DNA of 40,151 bases from Nitrosotalea sp. (GTDB lineage: Archaea > Thermoproteota > Nitrososphaeria > Nitrososphaerales > Nitrosopumilaceae): contig JAWOLM010000050.1 in NCBI GenBank assembly GCA_033853455.1, positions 1-40,151 on the forward strand, in the 5' to 3' direction. Below are positions 37,468 to 40,151 of the stretch, in pieces. Position 1 is the first letter of the stretch. Each line of letters begins with the position of its first letter. Made by a program: the position numbers and the translations under genes. A model generated the notes under the pieces. The model was not told where the DNA came from. It saw nothing but the letters and a program-made list of their open reading frames with translations, and searched no databases.

Positions 37468-38223
37468 ATGAGATTTTCTGTTGCAGTACTACTCACTATA
37501 ATCTCGTTAGCTACACTATGCAACATAGCATATGCAGAATCAAGCTTCGATCTGAAGGGAAGCGGAGCTGCGGTAATGGGTGGCAACACTCCAAAAATGT
37601 ACCAATCGGTATTTCGAATGACATTGACCAATCAGTCATCTATTTCCAAAGGAACATTTTTGGTATATGGAAATGATATATTTTTACACGCTCATATATT
37701 GCCACAAAACTGGTCATTTTCATATGATACAGATGGATCTTTTCATGGAAATGGGCCAGTTCAGACAAACCAGGGGCAGTCTTTTACTATGACAATTGAC
37801 GGGAGCAGAATTTTTGCCACAGGTACAGAATCGCTTTGGAAGGTAAGTGCAGACATGCAGAACAGTAACATCAGCATGATACTCAACTATCTCGTAACTG
37901 GATTGGACCCTCTTCCTACACTAGGCGTAACTGAAAATGCCACTGTAATTATTCCGAATGGAAACTCTGCTATTGCCAACAAAGGCTTCTTCGTACCCCT
38001 AAACCTTGAGGTAATGAGAGGGACTACGGTGACATGGCAGAATGAGGACAATATTGGCCATGTAATTCAGAGTCAAGACGGCCATGGAAACTTGGTATCT
38101 ATGTTTAACAGTGGCATCTTAAACACAGGAGACACTTTCAGTTACAAGTTTGTGAAACCTGGAGTGTACAATTACTTCTGCACAATACACCCATGGAGAA
38201 CCGGTGTTGTTACCGTTTCTTAA
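37468..38223 (+). CDS. Secreted protein with C-terminal cupredoxin (plastocyanin-like) domain
   Basis: Signal peptide ending AYA; GTTVTWQNED..GH, FNSG.L..GDTFSYKF..PGVYNYFCTIHPW. Confidence 0.85.
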   Translation: MRFSVAVLLTIISLATLCNIAYAESSFDLKGSGAAVMGGNTPKMYQSVFRMTLTNQSSISKGTFLVYGNDIFLHAHILPQNWSFSYDTDGSFHGNGPVQTNQGQSFTMTIDGSRIFATGTESLWKVSADMQNSNISMILNYLVTGLDPLPTLGVTENATVIIPNGNSAIANKGFFVPLNLEVMRGTTVTWQNEDNIGHVIQSQDGHGNLVSMFNSGILNTGDTFSYKFVKPGVYNYFCTIHPWRTGVVTVS

Positions 38224-38346
38224 TTTTTTTCAAAGTCGGTAAAAAACAATTTGATTTGAAACTATATCGGTCATAAATAAAATGAATTGATTGAAAATCA
38301 TTATTGAAAATTAGGTAGATCTAATATATCCATTAAGTAAATAGAA

Positions 38347-39894
38347 TTGCTATTGCGTCTCAAAGTAGATATCTTAGGGATAGAGTCAGGTGGAAAACCG
38401 ATTGTATTTCTCAATAAATCAGACTCGGACGAAATTGGAATTAGAGCATCGGGCAGAATTATTGTCACTTACAGAAGAAAAACAGTTACAGCGATAGTAA
38501 ATACCACGACATCAATCAGTCATGGATTCATAGGAGTAAATGAGGAAGTAAGACATCTGCTTGGTGTTAAACAAAATTCGGTTGTAGATATCGAAGTAGC
38601 CACTTTTCCAAAATCACTTCAATTCATCCACAATAAATTGACTGGCAGGAGATTGATGTATGACGAGATTTCCGAGATTGTAAAAGACGTCGTACAGGGA
38701 AATTTGAACGAGAATGAGATCTCTGCCTTTGTTACTGCGTTAAGCATGGAAGGGCTTGACATGGATGAGGCAACAGGTCTAGCTTTATCGATGGTTGAAA
38801 CTGGAAAACAGTTGGATCTTCGAAAGAAAACAATTGTAGACAAACACAGTATTGGCGGCGTCCCAGGGGATAAGACAACTTTGCTTGTAGTTCCCATCGT
38901 AGCTGCCATTGGTCTAACAATACCAAAGGTTTCATCAAGGGCAATCACATCTGCCGGTGGTACTGCGGACAGGGCTGAAACTCTGATGCCTGTAGACCTT
39001 GGAATATCAGAGATGAAACGTGTGGTAGAAAAAAGTAACGGTTGCATCGTGTGGGGAGGTTCTTTGGACCTTGCACCTGCTGATGACATTTTTGTTAGAA
39101 GTGAGTATTCTCTGTACATCGATCCATTGTTGTTACCATCTATAATGAGCAAGAAAAAAGCTGTTAACGCATCACACCTTGTCATTGACATACCGACGGG
39201 AAAGGGTTCAAAAATGCAGACGGTTGGAGAGTCGGACTTTCTAGCCAAAGAATTGATAGAACTAGGACGAAGGCTTGGGATACATACACATTGTGTATTG
39301 ACTAATGGAGAAAAACCAATAGGACTTGCCATAGGACCATCACTTGAGGCAAGAGAGGCTCTCTCAGTATTGATGAATAGAGCATCTGCGCCAGATCTTA
39401 TAGACAAGGTTTGCCATATAGCAGGCAGCATATTTGAGATGGTTGGCAAAAAAAACGGCTACAACCTAGCAAGAGATGTTTTGCACAGTGGCAAGGCAGA
39501 ACTGAAAATGAGAGAAATAATAGGTCTTCAAGGCGGAAATTCCAAAATACAAATTAAAGATCTTCCGGTAGGCGAGGAAAAGGTAGAGGTCAGGGCAAAA
39601 AAAACAGGTAAAGTTTTGTGGATGGATAATTTAACATTAATCGAACTTGCACGTGCTGCAGGAGCTCCAAAGGACAAGGGAGCTGGAATTCTCTTCAGTA
39701 AAAAAATTGGCGACTGTGTAAAAACAGGAGATGTGTTGTATACAGTTTATGCGGAAAAGTCAAGAAAGTTGTCAAGATCAATTGAGATTCTTTCAGATGT
39801 CGAACCGTTTGGCATAGGTGACTATTCAGAGATGTTCATACACAAGATTAAAGATTCCTCAGCAATCAAGAGATCATTCATGATGGAAAGATAG
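38347..39894 (+). CDS. deoA: AMP/nucleoside-monophosphate phosphorylase (archaeal long-form thymidine phosphorylase family)
   Basis: About 85-aa N-terminal extra domain, DKHSIGGVPGDKT, SSRAITSAGGTAD, SIMSKKKA, ARAAGAPKDKGAG. Confidence 0.9.
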   Translation: MLLRLKVDILGIESGGKPIVFLNKSDSDEIGIRASGRIIVTYRRKTVTAIVNTTTSISHGFIGVNEEVRHLLGVKQNSVVDIEVATFPKSLQFIHNKLTGRRLMYDEISEIVKDVVQGNLNENEISAFVTALSMEGLDMDEATGLALSMVETGKQLDLRKKTIVDKHSIGGVPGDKTTLLVVPIVAAIGLTIPKVSSRAITSAGGTADRAETLMPVDLGISEMKRVVEKSNGCIVWGGSLDLAPADDIFVRSEYSLYIDPLLLPSIMSKKKAVNASHLVIDIPTGKGSKMQTVGESDFLAKELIELGRRLGIHTHCVLTNGEKPIGLAIGPSLEAREALSVLMNRASAPDLIDKVCHIAGSIFEMVGKKNGYNLARDVLHSGKAELKMREIIGLQGGNSKIQIKDLPVGEEKVEVRAKKTGKVLWMDNLTLIELARAAGAPKDKGAGILFSKKIGDCVKTGDVLYTVYAEKSRKLSRSIEILSDVEPFGIGDYSEMFIHKIKDSSAIKRSFMMER

Positions 39895-39900
39895 ATTGCA

Positions 39901-40151
39901 ATGAAGACTCTAGAGCAAGTCACAAAAGATATAAGAGAATTTAGGGTTCAAGGGGCAAATCAAATTGCACTATACGGACTATCTTTTTTAAAAGAGGTTG
40001 GTCTCAAGCATGGGTTTGGAATAAAGTTCAGGACTGCATCACTACACTTGGAAAAGGTGCGACCAACAGCAGTAGTCCTTCACAACTGTATAGAAATAGT
40101 GAGATCCGAACCAAAAATATCTATAATTGATGGTTTGATTGATACGCTTCA
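39901..40151 (+). CDS. eIF-2B/MtnA-family protein, probable ribose-1,5-bisphosphate isomerase (5' part, runs off the window)
   Basis: Manual translation MKTLEQVTKDIREFRVQGANQIA...VRPTAVVLHN; [R/Q]GA and RPTAV motifs; 6 nt after AMP phosphorylase. Confidence 0.75.
   Translation, partial: MKTLEQVTKDIREFRVQGANQIALYGLSFLKEVGLKHGFGIKFRTASLHLEKVRPTAVVLHNCIEIVRSEPKISIIDGLIDTL

Noticed and set aside
38619-39449. 276-aa antisense ORF in AMP phosphorylase
   Set aside because: Antisense shadow of a well-supported gene; no recognisable motifs
1-40151. CRISPR arrays, IS elements, integrases, rRNA
   Set aside because: No regularly spaced repeats, transposase or recombinase motifs, or rRNA-like sequence seen by eye

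Overview
Chromosomal window from an ammonia-oxidising-type archaeon (Nitrososphaerota/Thaumarchaeota). The assignment is inferred from a eukaryote-like topoisomerase IB, the 3-hydroxypropionate/4-hydroxybutyrate (3HP/4HB) cycle acyl-CoA synthetase + crotonase pair, archaeal ribosomal proteins, frequent TTG/GTG starts and TATA-type promoters. Bases 1-34.5 kb are mostly core metabolism: rpl31e/rpl39e, a split B12 methionine synthase with a MetF-like gene, an ABC transporter, a LysW-carrier arginine/lysine cluster (argG-lysW1-argX-lysY-lysZ-lysJ-lysM | hcs-lysW2-lysX-lysK), dph5, ribL/ribK, dnaG, gdhA, tatA, a DUF1998 helicase and topoisomerase IB. A tRNA-Met(CAU) with a non-canonical 30/31 intron at 34652-34744 precedes an accessory-looking block: micro-proteins, three USPs, a PNPOx-like flavoprotein, an atypical cupredoxin, AMP phosphorylase and the start of a ribose-1,5-bisphosphate-isomerase-like gene. 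Top observations: (1) a second LysW carrier, missed by the ORF track, ends in EDWGQ rather than the catalytically required EDWGE and is paired with its own LysX; (2) a pentose-bisphosphate (AMP phosphorylase/R15P isomerase) module in a 3HP/4HB autotroph; (3) a uORF plus an SD-sequestering hairpin in front of the 3HP-CoA synthetase; (4) a phased triple Lrp/LysM operator array. All calls come from reading motifs by eye; no database search was run.
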